A stretch of DNA of 64,000 nucleotides from an uncultured Candidatus Saccharibacteria bacterium (GTDB lineage Bacteria; Patescibacteriota; Minisyncoccia; Phycocordibacterales; DATDWN01): the NCBI GenBank assembly GCA_964507615.1, contig CAZDPS010000001.1, positions 25,777-89,776 on the forward strand, written 5' to 3'. This document shows, piece after piece, positions 38,353-46,796 of this stretch. Position numbers and translations under genes: made by a program. The notes below the pieces were generated by a model. That model made no database searches and was not told the DNA's origin. It worked only from the letters and a program-made list of their open reading frames with translations. Numbering within the stretch: the stretch's first letter is position 1; each line of letters begins with the position of its first letter.

Positions 38353-38553
38353 TTTGGCACTAAATCTCTTTTTGTCATATTTTTTGAGAGCAACCTTTCG
38401 TTCGCCAGCGCTCACTCAAGGCCAGTCCTCGGCCTCTAGCTGTCAAGAACGGGATGCCTTGACAGCACCATGCTAGAGGCACTGCGGGGTCTCTCAAAAA
38501 TCATGACCTCAAAGAGATTTGATGCTAGTCCAACCGCCTCAAACCACCAAAAT

Positions 38554-38728
38554 ACAGAATTTCGTTGAAGTCGTATCTTTTTCAGAGCATCCACAGGCCT
38601 TGAGCATGGTTTCGTCAATGACCCGAGCTAAGCGAGGGCTCTTGACGAATCAAGGCCGAGGACTAGAACGAACTTTTCGCTGGAAAAGTGAGTGTATCTG
38701 AAAAAGATACGACGAAAAAGAAATTCTG
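38554..38728 (+). repeat. Family C structured repeat, copy C2
   Basis: Same P1 with tgaag bulge and the same core as C1; P2 ggccttga/tcaaggcc replaces C1 ccctcc/ggaggg. Confidence 0.7.
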
Positions 38729-38876
38729 TTACTTTTTTAAACAACTATTTTAATCCACAGTCAATATATTGCTTTAAAAAAGCCTTGTAGTATACTGCTA
38801 TTTATAGTAGATAGTTAGAACTAGCTTTTTGGTGGTTCTAAAAATAAAAAATTATTAGCGAATTTAATTAATTATT

Positions 38877-39149
38877 ATGAATAAAGCATCAATTGTAGAC
38901 GCAGTACATGAGAAACTAGGTGGTACAAAAGTTCAAGCAGAGGAAGTTGTTGATTTGGTGGTAGATTCTATAGTTGGAACTCTAAAAAAAGGTGGTGAGG
39001 TTTCAATTGCAGGTCTAGGAATCTTCTCAACAAAAACTCGAGCAGCAAGACAAGCTCGAAACCCAAGAACAGGAGAAACAATTTCTGTTCCGTCTATGAA
39101 AGTTCCTAAGTTCAGAGCAGCTAAAGCCCTAAAAGAAGCAGTAAAATAG
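38877..39149 (+). CDS. hup: DNA-binding protein HU
   Basis: 90 aa; ...GLGIFSTKTRAARQARNPRTGETISVPSMKVPKFRAAKALKEAV. Confidence 0.9.
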   Translation: MNKASIVDAVHEKLGGTKVQAEEVVDLVVDSIVGTLKKGGEVSIAGLGIFSTKTRAARQARNPRTGETISVPSMKVPKFRAAKALKEAVK

Positions 39150-39262
39150 TCGCTTGGTCTTTTTGTCCGATTTTTTCGTTGCTAGTTTTATTTTCTCCAC
39201 GCGCAGTATTAATATACAGCTTGGTCGTAAATAAAACTTCGCGCCTCAAACTCGAACAAAAA
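39150..39262 (+). repeat. Family B palindromic repeat, copy B2
   Basis: ttcgttgctagttttatttt..gcgcagtat-taata-tacagcttggtcgtaaataaaact, directly after the hup stop. Confidence 0.6.
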
Positions 39263-39304
39263 TCCTCAAGCTTACAGTTTTTAAAAATTTTATTTGCGCA
39301 ATTC

Positions 39305-39330
39305 AAAAAACACCCTCTCGGGTGTTTTTT
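39305..39330. terminator. Bidirectional terminator
   Basis: aaaaaacaccc-tctc-gggtgtttttt. Confidence 0.75.
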
Positions 39331-39332
39331 GA

Positions 39333-39722
39333 TTATTTTAATTTTTTAGCAAGCTCTGCTGGAGAAGAAACTATTTCTCGAAAAAAAACGTGTCTACATA
39401 ATTCTTTATCATCTCCACTCAAAGCATAGATTGGTTTACCTAACGCAATGGCATACCCTATTTCTAAAGTGGTACTATTACCAGAATATCCATCTTTATT
39501 ATACACAAAAACAACATCTGCCATTTTAATTTTATAAAAATGATCGTGACTAAGACCAAGTGCAATAAATTTTTGGTAGTCCGAAGACAATTTTTCCCAC
39601 TCATCTTGTCCAGAATGTAGAAAAGGTTCATACACAACAACACCTAATTTTCTTAAGCGTTTAGAGAATTCTCTTATTTCTGGTTTAAAACGTCGGCTGC
39701 CACACATTACAACTGTTTTCAT
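39333..39722 (-). CDS. Nucleoside 2-deoxyribosyltransferase-like protein (129 aa)
   Basis: Rossmann-like MKTVVMCGS... and GNSTTLEIGYAIALGKPIY resemble the NDT-like fold; weak assignment. Confidence 0.5.
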   Translation of the reverse strand: MKTVVMCGSRRFKPEIREFSKRLRKLGVVVYEPFLHSGQDEWEKLSSDYQKFIALGLSHDHFYKIKMADVVFVYNKDGYSGNSTTLEIGYAIALGKPIYALSGDDKELCRHVFFREIVSSPAELAKKLK

Positions 39723-39888
39723 ATTAATGTAATATATCAGATGCTTCGCAAAATTGGAAAGTCGAAGCCAGATAATTCCGTTTTCGTCAAAACGAACAAG
39801 TCGGTCAGGAATAATTTTGATTCCGCCAAATCAAAATTTTCACGACCCTGACTCGCGATCCATCGTGCTCGATGGGTACCCCGCTCCG

Positions 39889-39935
39889 TCTTTCGACTCT
39901 CCACACAAAGCTATGCTTTGCTCATCCCGCACAAT
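39889..39935 (+). repeat. tRNA-Gly 3'-end-like fragment X1
   Basis: tttcgactctcc (T-loop-like) + hairpin caaagc/gctttg + ctcatcccgcacaat; compare tRNA-Gly(UCC) 3' end gagttcgactctcccatcccgcaca. Confidence 0.55.
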
Positions 39936-39999
39936 ATAAAACCGGCCTATGCCGGTTCTTTATTGTGTGCAGGTTATTGTATGAAGTTAGAACCGATAT

Positions 40000-40794
40000 T
40001 TATACAACATAATTACCTTTATGGAGCTTTTGAAGTTCATCTGGTTTCGCATAGAACACATTCGTTCCTTGTCGGAGACAAACACGGCCCTCGTACTGAT
40101 AAATGTTTTTCCTGTTCCAAGGAGGAATAGAAATGATAATTATTTTATGTCCTATCACATCGTTTTCAGTAATTTTTACAGTTAGAGAAGGAGATATTGT
40201 GTTACGTATACTGTTTCGGAGTGATTGATCTAGTTTTTGCCTAGAAATATCTGAATTACCAATCGTGCCATCGTCTTCTACTCCATAAAATATATATCCA
40301 CCATCTTTTGTATTTGCAAAAGCACATATTTCTTTAGATAAGACTTTCATTTCCACTCCTGCTCTTTTGAACTCATAAAGTTGATCTTCGCCGTTATTTT
40401 TACATATGTCTAGTATTTCCGGCGCAGACAAAACACGCATTCCTCGAAGTGTGCCCGTCTTAAATTTTTTATTTATATCCTTGTCAGGTTTAGGTAATCT
40501 GGTTGGATCTTGAAAATATGATTCTGACAAATGTTTAAGAAGTGGGACTTTTTCATAAACTAGTGAGTTTTCTTTCTTTATGACTTTACCGTTTTCATCT
40601 TTAATAAAATCAATTAATTCAAGGTCTCTTAACATTTGGAGACCTTTAAGAGTGTTTGCTTGTGAACTGCCTGTTTTCCTAGCAATTTCCTTAGCTGAAC
40701 GCTTACCATTTATCAACTTAAAGTAAGCAGCCCTCTTTTTTGAGCCATTTATAATCAATCTTGCTCTAGATACCAGTTCTTGAAGAGTATTCAT
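40000..40794 (-). CDS. Winged-HTH plus AlbA_2/Schlafen-type domain protein
   Basis: N-terminal wHTH (KRSAKEIARKTGSSQANTLKGLQMLRDLELI); C-terminal EDQLYEFKRAG...ICAFANTKDGGYIFYGVEDDGTI typical of AlbA_2. Confidence 0.65.
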   Translation of the reverse strand: MNTLQELVSRARLIINGSKKRAAYFKLINGKRSAKEIARKTGSSQANTLKGLQMLRDLELIDFIKDENGKVIKKENSLVYEKVPLLKHLSESYFQDPTRLPKPDKDINKKFKTGTLRGMRVLSAPEILDICKNNGEDQLYEFKRAGVEMKVLSKEICAFANTKDGGYIFYGVEDDGTIGNSDISRQKLDQSLRNSIRNTISPSLTVKITENDVIGHKIIIISIPPWNRKNIYQYEGRVCLRQGTNVFYAKPDELQKLHKGNYVV

Positions 40795-40806
40795 CTATAA
40801 AATATA

Positions 40807-41016
40807 TTATTTATTTTTTACTTTACGACTTAAATGTAAGTGTACCGCTATAGTTTTAGGAGGAATGCTTAAGAAATTGGATATTTCTAGATTTGTAAAA
40901 CCAGCTAAATTTAGTTGATGCACTTTTTCTGCTATGGTTACTTCTTTGATAGAATTTAAGAGAATCATTGCAAGAATATTTTCAGTTCTACTAACAGCTG
41001 TTTGATTTTCTTTCAT
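40807..41016 (-). CDS. Small HTH protein, paralog 4 of 4 (69 aa)
   Basis: ...LAGFTNLEISNFLSIPPKTIAVHLHLSRKVKNK; start trimmed to MKENQ; 1 nt from the upstream paralog. Confidence 0.6.
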   Translation of the reverse strand: MKENQTAVSRTENILAMILLNSIKEVTIAEKVHQLNLAGFTNLEISNFLSIPPKTIAVHLHLSRKVKNK

Positions 41017-41017
41017 G

Positions 41018-41218
41018 TTATTTGTTTTTTTTACTTTGAATAAGGAGAGATGACACATTTTTACTTTGAATATTGGTGTACATTGCTATCTTAGCCACAG
41101 AAAATCCTGCTTCATATAGTTCCATAACAATATCTTTCTTTGTCCTAGAACCTTTAAAAGCCCAAACTATAAGTTTTGCGAGATCTGTAAAAATACCGTC
41201 TTTTTCTTCATTTTTCAT
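41018..41218 (-). CDS. Small HTH protein, paralog 3 of 4 (66 aa)
   Basis: ...EAGFSVAKIAMYTNIQSKNVSSLLIQSKKNK. Confidence 0.6.
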   Translation of the reverse strand: MKNEEKDGIFTDLAKLIVWAFKGSRTKKDIVMELYEAGFSVAKIAMYTNIQSKNVSSLLIQSKKNK

Positions 41219-41222
41219 ATTT

Positions 41223-41423
41223 TTATTTGTTATTTTTTCTAATACTATGAAGTGCTACACTTACGGTGTTTGAGCTTGTGTTCAAAAGCTCAGATATCCT
41301 CTTGGGTGAGAAGCCAACTTTGTCGAATTCCGCTATAAGCGTAGACTGAGTTCTGTCTCTTTTTACAAGTATGGCGAGCAAACGTACAATTTCTTTTTGT
41401 GTTTCTAAAATTTCTTTATCCAT
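41223..41423 (-). CDS. Small HTH protein, paralog 2 of 4 (66 aa)
   Basis: ...KVGFSPKRISELLNTSSNTVSVALHSIRKNNK. Confidence 0.6.
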   Translation of the reverse strand: MDKEILETQKEIVRLLAILVKRDRTQSTLIAEFDKVGFSPKRISELLNTSSNTVSVALHSIRKNNK

Positions 41424-41424
41424 G

Positions 41425-41637
41425 TTATTTTTTTCTATTTATTGCCTTAACAACTGTATCTGATTTCTTTCCTAGTAGTTTAGCAATTCTACTGGGAGCT
41501 AGGCCGGCATTATTAAGAATAATTTCAACCCTTTCCTTCTTGCTGGGGTCTGAAGCATGTTCCACTTGATAAGCGATTAGAGCTATAAGGGCTCCGAGCT
41601 TCTCATCTATACTCCTTAACGCATTTAGATCATCCAT
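41425..41637 (-). CDS. Small HTH protein, paralog 1 of 4 (70 aa)
   Basis: ...NAGLAPSRIAKLLGKKSDTVVKAINRKK. Confidence 0.6.
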   Translation of the reverse strand: MDDLNALRSIDEKLGALIALIAYQVEHASDPSKKERVEIILNNAGLAPSRIAKLLGKKSDTVVKAINRKK

Positions 41638-41986
41638 ATTGGTGGATCTTAGCTAATAAGAGGACATGTTATATAAAATCATCCTACGAGTCAAGCTATT
41701 CTGGTGTTTATGTCCTTTAGTACTAAGAATCTAGCATATTAGAGTGTTATTTGTGGCCATATTATAAAGAATTTGACTTAGTAAGTTTTTTGATTCATAG
41801 CTGCCCAGTATATTATTTTTGGTTATAACCGCACAAAAAATACACAATTCTTTGTGTTTTTCAATATGAAATCAGCATTTACGTCTAAAAACGTTTAGTC
41901 TTCTGTATTTCTATATAACAAAGGTATAACCGCCGAAAATCGTTGTAGATTCAGACACTATCAGAAAAACGTTAGAAATTTCTACT

Positions 41987-42144
41987 ATTGTGCGGGATGG
42001 GAATCTAAGCCCGTATAATTTTTTCGCCGTCGCTCAAAAATTTACGTTGGCCTCACCTCGACCGTTTTGCTTGGTAGCAAAACATGTCTCCGGTCAGTTC
42101 GACTCTCACACAAGAGTGTGCAGACACTCTTGTTCCATCCCGCA
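41987..42144. repeat. tRNA-Gly-derived composite (fragment X2 plus inverted acceptor copy)
   Basis: attgtgcgggatggga (41987-) is a direct copy of the tRNA-Gly 3' end (minus sense); cagttcgactctc + hairpin + ccatcccgca (42095-42144) is the same motif on the opposite strand; the ends can pair (gcgggatgg/ccatcccgc). Confidence 0.55.
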
Positions 42145-42173
42145 AAAAAGAGCCCTGAGGCTCTTTTTTTCTG

Positions 42174-42244
42174 TGCGGGATGGGAGAGTCGAACTCCCCA
42201 CCACAGTTTGGAAAACTGTTATTTTACCGATAAACTAATCCCGC
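42174..42244 (-). tRNA. tRNA-Gly (anticodon UCC)
   Basis: Cloverleaf by hand: acceptor gcgggat/atcccgc, anticodon stem acagt/actgt, loop ttTCCaa, T arm gggag-ttcgact-ctccc; no encoded CCA. Confidence 0.85.
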
Positions 42245-42301
42245 AATAAAACCATATTATCAGAAAAATGAACAACAAGCAAAAAATGTTATAATCACCT
42301 T

Positions 42302-43411
42302 ATGATTCTCAGACTTGCTACCATTTTAATATTGTCATATGTTTTTATGTTTGGTCTTTGGTCTAAACCTGTTTCTGCACCTTTTATAGAGAAAAACAAT
42401 ACTGAAATAGTAGAGATTATACCCATAGCCACAAGTACAGAAAAAATTATCGCTGAAAAACCAAAAGACGGGCAGGCCACTACCACCAAAAAAGTAGTCA
42501 TCAACAAAAAACCAGTAGCTACTACCACCCCGGTAATACAAAAAACCACAACACCAGAACCTGAACCAGATTTTGAGTTAATAAATACAACGGCACGATT
42601 ATCTATCGTCAATATTCTTTGCACAGCCAAAAACAATGATCTGTCCCCTATTTCTGGTACAGGTATTGTGATCAGTCCAGATGGACTCATTCTGACAAAC
42701 GCCCACGTCGCTCAATATTTACTACTGAAAGACTTGTATCAAAAAGATTTTATTAGTTGTGTGATAAGAACTGGTAGCCCCGCCTACCCAAGATACAACG
42801 TAGAACTTGTTTACATTTCTCCACTCTGGATAGAAAGCAATAAAACAGAAATAAAATCACAAAACCCACAGGGTACAGGTGAGAACGATTATGCCTTCCT
42901 ACGCATCACAGGAGGCATAGATGGCTCTGCTTTGCCTGGTTTACCTTATTTACCACTTAATATTCGTGAAAAAATAGACTTAGGAGAACCTGTGGTTCTA
43001 GTGTCATACCCAGCTGGTTTCCTAGGAGGACTTTCGATACTTCAGGGACTAAGTATTACAAGTGCAATAACTATAATTCAGGATATATTTACCTTTAAAG
43101 AAGGAACCATAGATGTTATAGACGTCGGAGGAACTGTTGTGTCTCAAAAAGGGGCATCAGGAGGAGCTGTGGTAGACAAACAAACAACTCTTATCGGCAT
43201 AATATCAACCAGCACAAATGGTGCCACCACAAGCAGTCGCGAATTAAACGCAATTACATTAAGTTATATAAACAGAGTCTTTAAAAATGAATCTGGCATC
43301 ACTATTCCAGAGCTAATATCAAGTAATTTGGCAGATTTTGCAAAGGTGTTCCAAGAAACAGTTGCTCCAGGCCTCACAAAAACTCTAACTGATATAATAA
43401 TTAAAAACTGA
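42302..43411 (+). CDS. Trypsin-like serine protease with N-terminal membrane anchor
   Basis: GTGIVISPDGLILTNAHV (His), NDYAFLRI (Asp), KGASGGAVVD (Ser). Confidence 0.8.
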   Translation: MILRLATILILSYVFMFGLWSKPVSAPFIEKNNTEIVEIIPIATSTEKIIAEKPKDGQATTTKKVVINKKPVATTTPVIQKTTTPEPEPDFELINTTARLSIVNILCTAKNNDLSPISGTGIVISPDGLILTNAHVAQYLLLKDLYQKDFISCVIRTGSPAYPRYNVELVYISPLWIESNKTEIKSQNPQGTGENDYAFLRITGGIDGSALPGLPYLPLNIREKIDLGEPVVLVSYPAGFLGGLSILQGLSITSAITIIQDIFTFKEGTIDVIDVGGTVVSQKGASGGAVVDKQTTLIGIISTSTNGATTSSRELNAITLSYINRVFKNESGITIPELISSNLADFAKVFQETVAPGLTKTLTDIIIKN

Positions 43412-43432
43412 TAATATACAATATATCGTATA

Positions 43433-43726
43433 TTATTGATCGGCTGAAATCTGGACTATCATTTGAAAATTGTCTTCTTTTACAGCTTTGTTTGGTTTTT
43501 TAAAACCACATTTTTGGCATTTGTGTATGATTATGTATTCCTTGCCTTTTTTCTCTATTGTTTCCGGCTCCATCATTCCACCACAATCCCCTGCTCTGTC
43601 TCCCGGAAAAATATCAACATGTTTGGACCACAAACATTCCGGACAGTGGTTCGTGTAGCCATTCCCTTTCACACTGAAACCACATTTCTGACACACAAAA
43701 TCTTCTGTTGTACGAATAAAAGGCAT
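43433..43726 (-). CDS. RNHCP domain protein (97 aa)
   Basis: CQKCGFSVKGNGYTNHCPECLWSKHVD...CQKCG; start trimmed to MPFIRT because the longer ORF runs through tRNA-Pro. Confidence 0.75.
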   Translation of the reverse strand: MPFIRTTEDFVCQKCGFSVKGNGYTNHCPECLWSKHVDIFPGDRAGDCGGMMEPETIEKKGKEYIIIHKCQKCGFKKPNKAVKEDNFQMIVQISADQ

Positions 43727-43731
43727 TTTTG

Positions 43732-43803
43732 TCGGAGTGCCGGGATTCGAACCCGGAATGCTTGATCCCAAATCAAGTATGATAGCCGTTTCACTACACT
43801 CCG
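43732..43803 (-). tRNA. tRNA-Pro (anticodon UGG)
   Basis: Acceptor cggagtg/cactccg, anticodon stem cttga/tcaag, loop ttTGGga, T arm ccggg-ttcgaat-cccgg. Confidence 0.85.
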
Positions 43804-43859
43804 ATACCCACAAATAACTATTGAAGTCTATCATGAAAACCAAAAATAACAAATAAACC

Positions 43860-44216
43860 TCATTTAAAAAAATTAAATATTAGGCTCTTAATTATACCTG
43901 TTTTAATAAAGTCATATGTAAATAACACACAAACACCCACAACAAATGGCACTAAAATCCACCAAAATAATTTCGAGTACCCGGCCTCCAACATATCACC
44001 ACTTTTTTCTTTTTTAAAACCATCATTCTTACCATAAACAACATTACTATCCAATTCCAAGTTGTCGCTCGAAATTGAGCGAATCCCCACATCAAAACCA
44101 CTAACTATGTTATTCTCCAGTTTTACACCGTGACTATTTTGTATATCTATTCCGATACTTTGTTTTTTGCCCTCCTCCAGATCATTGCTCATATTTTTAG
44201 TATTAATGCTATACAC
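43860..44216 (-). CDS. Hypothetical membrane-anchored protein (118 aa)
   Basis: C-terminal TM FWWILVPFVVGVCVLFTY; start uncertain. Confidence 0.45.
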   Translation of the reverse strand: MYSINTKNMSNDLEEGKKQSIGIDIQNSHGVKLENNIVSGFDVGIRSISSDNLELDSNVVYGKNDGFKKEKSGDMLEAGYSKLFWWILVPFVVGVCVLFTYDFIKTGIIKSLIFNFFK

Positions 44217-44251
44217 ACCAGCATATTATCACCTTTCTAATGAAATAAAAA

Positions 44252-44695
44252 CTATAGGACAAGATCGTCTACCAGAGAGATTTTGTGGAGTCCCCTTTCT
44301 GTGTCTATTTGCACCGTAACAACATCAAACTGCCAATCCAAATCATCTGAAATGTCCTTTTCCAAAAGATAGGACTGCACTGCCCTACCCAACCTTTTCA
44401 GTTTCCAAGGATGCATATTATCTTCAGCCCGGTATCCATCCTGCGTTCCACGTGTAACACAGGAGTCCGCTTCATCAGCGGACCCGCCGATGAGGCGGGA
44501 AACGCTCTTAACTTCAACAAAATGAAGAACATTCCCTTTTCTGGCCACAATATCTAATTCTCCCCATTTACGTGAATAGTTTCTGTCTAGTATTTTATAA
44601 CCATTTTTCTGTAAGTATTCACAAGCCAAATTTTCCCCAATTTCCCCTATTTTCTGTTTTTCAGTAGGTTCTTTTGTTTGTTTCTTGCCAAACAT
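44252..44695 (-). CDS. YraN-family (UPF0102) endonuclease-like protein
   Basis: GEIGENLACEYLQKNGYKILDRNYSRKWGELDIVARKGNVLHFVEVKS. Confidence 0.8.
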   Translation of the reverse strand: MFGKKQTKEPTEKQKIGEIGENLACEYLQKNGYKILDRNYSRKWGELDIVARKGNVLHFVEVKSVSRLIGGSADEADSCVTRGTQDGYRAEDNMHPWKLKRLGRAVQSYLLEKDISDDLDWQFDVVTVQIDTERGLHKISLVDDLVL

Positions 44696-45006
44696 TCCTA
44701 AATTGTACCTCAAATTTGTCTTTGTTTCATGTATAACAATATTCTCCATTTCACGTGAAACTTTTACCTACTTTATCAAAAACAGACACTTTCAAGACAT
44801 GTCTCATTATAAAAATCCCTAAACAAAGCCATATTTTTAAACAGACAATCAAAAATAAACGAAATGACCCAAATTCAAAGACCTGTCTTTAATACACATG
44901 TCCCCAGAGTTATCCACATTTTACACATAAATAGGGAATTAGGTTGTGGACATATTTCGCTTTTGTTTTTTACGGGTTTAGTATATGATTATTAAGTTCC
45001 CAAAAT

Positions 45007-45077
45007 GCGGGTATGGTTTAATGGTAGAACACGTCCTTGCCAAGGACGAGATTCGGGTTCGATTCCCGGTACCCGCA
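45007..45077 (+). tRNA. tRNA-Gly (anticodon GCC)
   Basis: gcgggta..cgtcc-ttGCCaa-ggacg..tcggg-ttcgatt-cccgg-tacccgc-a. Confidence 0.9.
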
Positions 45078-45094
45078 CAGTTTTATTAATAAAT

Positions 45095-45169
45095 GCGCTC
45101 GTAGCTCAATGGATAGAGTACCGGTCTTCGGAACCGTGGATGTGGGTTCGATTCCTGCCGAGCGCACCA
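45095..45169 (+). tRNA. tRNA-Arg (anticodon UCG), CCA encoded
   Basis: Acceptor gcgctcg/cgagcgc, anticodon loop ctTCGga, T arm gtggg-ttcgatt-cctgc, 3' acca. Confidence 0.85.
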
Positions 45170-45311
45170 ATAATATTGCAAAAACACGTAGTGTTTTGTC
45201 TCTGGCAGGAATCGAAGCCCAATTGAGATATTTTATGAGTAAAATGAAATAAAATATCTCAATTGGGGTACTGATCCTGTAAGGATCGATTCTTTTAAAT
45301 CCGAAGCCACA

Positions 45312-46796
45312 ATGTATAATACTATTATGTCAGATTTCTCAATTCCAAAAGAAGTTACACATGTAACAAACGAGCTAGAAAAGGCTGGTTTTGAGGCTTT
45401 TCTCGTAGGTGGATGTGTACGAGACCTTATTTTAGGTAAAACACCAAAAGACTGGGATGTGACCACAAATGCAACACCAGACCAGATAATAGCCTTATTT
45501 GACAAGACATTTTACGAAAACGACTTCGGTACAGTAGGGGTGGTTGACGAAACAACTGAAAATGAAACACTTAAAGTCATTGAGGTTACTCCTTACAGAC
45601 TAGAATCTGGTTATTCTGATAACAGACACCCAGATGATGTTGTTTTTAGCCAAAAAATAGAGGATGATTTGAAAAGACGAGATCTTACAATAAACTCTCT
45701 AGCTTATTCTGTTTCACACAAAAAAATTATTGATTTGTTTAAAGGACAAACAGACATTGAGGGGAAACTCATCCGCACAGTAGGGGAACCAGTTGATCGT
45801 TTCACTGAAGATGGCTTGCGTATTTTACGAGCTGTGAGACTAGCTACAGAACTTTCTTTTGAAATAGAATCAAAAACCGAAAAAGCTATACTTGAAAACG
45901 CCCACTTGTTAAAAAACATATCTGCAGAACGTATTCGTGACGAATTTACCAAAATAATCATGTCAGATAAGCCCATGGATGGACTATTGATAATGAAAAA
46001 ACTGGGTATTATTAAATACGTTATACCAGAACTAGAAGAAACTTTCGGAGTAGAGCAAAACAAGGCCCACTCATACGATGTTTGGGAACATCTAATACGC
46101 GCTCTTCAACACTCAGCTGACAAAAAATACCCCTTAGAAGTCCGTTTAAGCGCTCTGTTGCACGATATTTCTAAACCAGAGTCACGAAGATGGGGACAGG
46201 AACAGGGAACTTGGACTTTTTATGGACATGAAGTTCTTGGGGCAAGAAAAACCAAAAAGATACTAACCAATCTGCGTTACCCAACAAAAATAACTGAAAA
46301 AACCACAACCTTGGTTAGATGGCACATGTTCTTCTCTGACACAGAGCAAATTACGCTCTCAGCGGTCCGTAGGATGATTGTAAATGTTGGACGGGAGAAT
46401 ATATGGGATTTAATGAATATGCGCATATGTGACCGTATAGGCACAGGTAGACCCAAAGAAGATCCTTATAGACTACGCAAGTACCATTCAATGATTGACG
46501 AAGCCCTTCGTGATCCAATATCAGTTGCAATGCTAAAAATAGACGGTAAAAAAATAATGGAAGTTACAGAAGTAAATCCCGGACCTAAAATTGGTTTTAC
46601 TCTGCATGCCCTGCTTGAAGAAGTGTTGGAAGATCCGACCAAGAACACAACTGAATATTTAGAAAATAGGGCTAAAGAATTGATTATTTTGCCAGAAACA
46701 GAGCTAGAAGCCCTAGGAAAACAAGGAAAAATAACCAGGGATCAGGCTGATGAAGAGGAAGTAAAGAAAATAAGAGGAAAACACTACGTAAAATAA
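45312..46796 (+). CDS. cca: CCA-adding enzyme / tRNA nucleotidyltransferase with HD domain
   Basis: GGCVRDLILGKTPKDWDVTT, RRDLTINSLAY, LLHDISKPE; start may be Met6. Confidence 0.85.
   Translation: MYNTIMSDFSIPKEVTHVTNELEKAGFEAFLVGGCVRDLILGKTPKDWDVTTNATPDQIIALFDKTFYENDFGTVGVVDETTENETLKVIEVTPYRLESGYSDNRHPDDVVFSQKIEDDLKRRDLTINSLAYSVSHKKIIDLFKGQTDIEGKLIRTVGEPVDRFTEDGLRILRAVRLATELSFEIESKTEKAILENAHLLKNISAERIRDEFTKIIMSDKPMDGLLIMKKLGIIKYVIPELEETFGVEQNKAHSYDVWEHLIRALQHSADKKYPLEVRLSALLHDISKPESRRWGQEQGTWTFYGHEVLGARKTKKILTNLRYPTKITEKTTTLVRWHMFFSDTEQITLSAVRRMIVNVGRENIWDLMNMRICDRIGTGRPKEDPYRLRKYHSMIDEALRDPISVAMLKIDGKKIMEVTEVNPGPKIGFTLHALLEEVLEDPTKNTTEYLENRAKELIILPETELEALGKQGKITRDQADEEEVKKIRGKHYVK

Noticed and set aside
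36915-38393. Numerous antisense ORFs inside rny (and similar ones inside fusA, pnp, hppA and the 976-aa gene)
   Set aside because: Low-complexity Ser/Leu/Phe-rich antisense translations of Lys/Glu-rich genes. They are fully contained within well-supported genes.
41990-42249. Plus-strand ORFs of 82 and 60 aa
   Set aside because: They overlap tRNA-Gly and the tRNA-derived repeats, with no SD and odd composition.
43727-43852. N-terminal extension of the RNHCP ORF (track ORF 43433..43852)
   Set aside because: The extension reads straight through tRNA-Pro (43732-43803). The conserved protein starts at MPFIRT.
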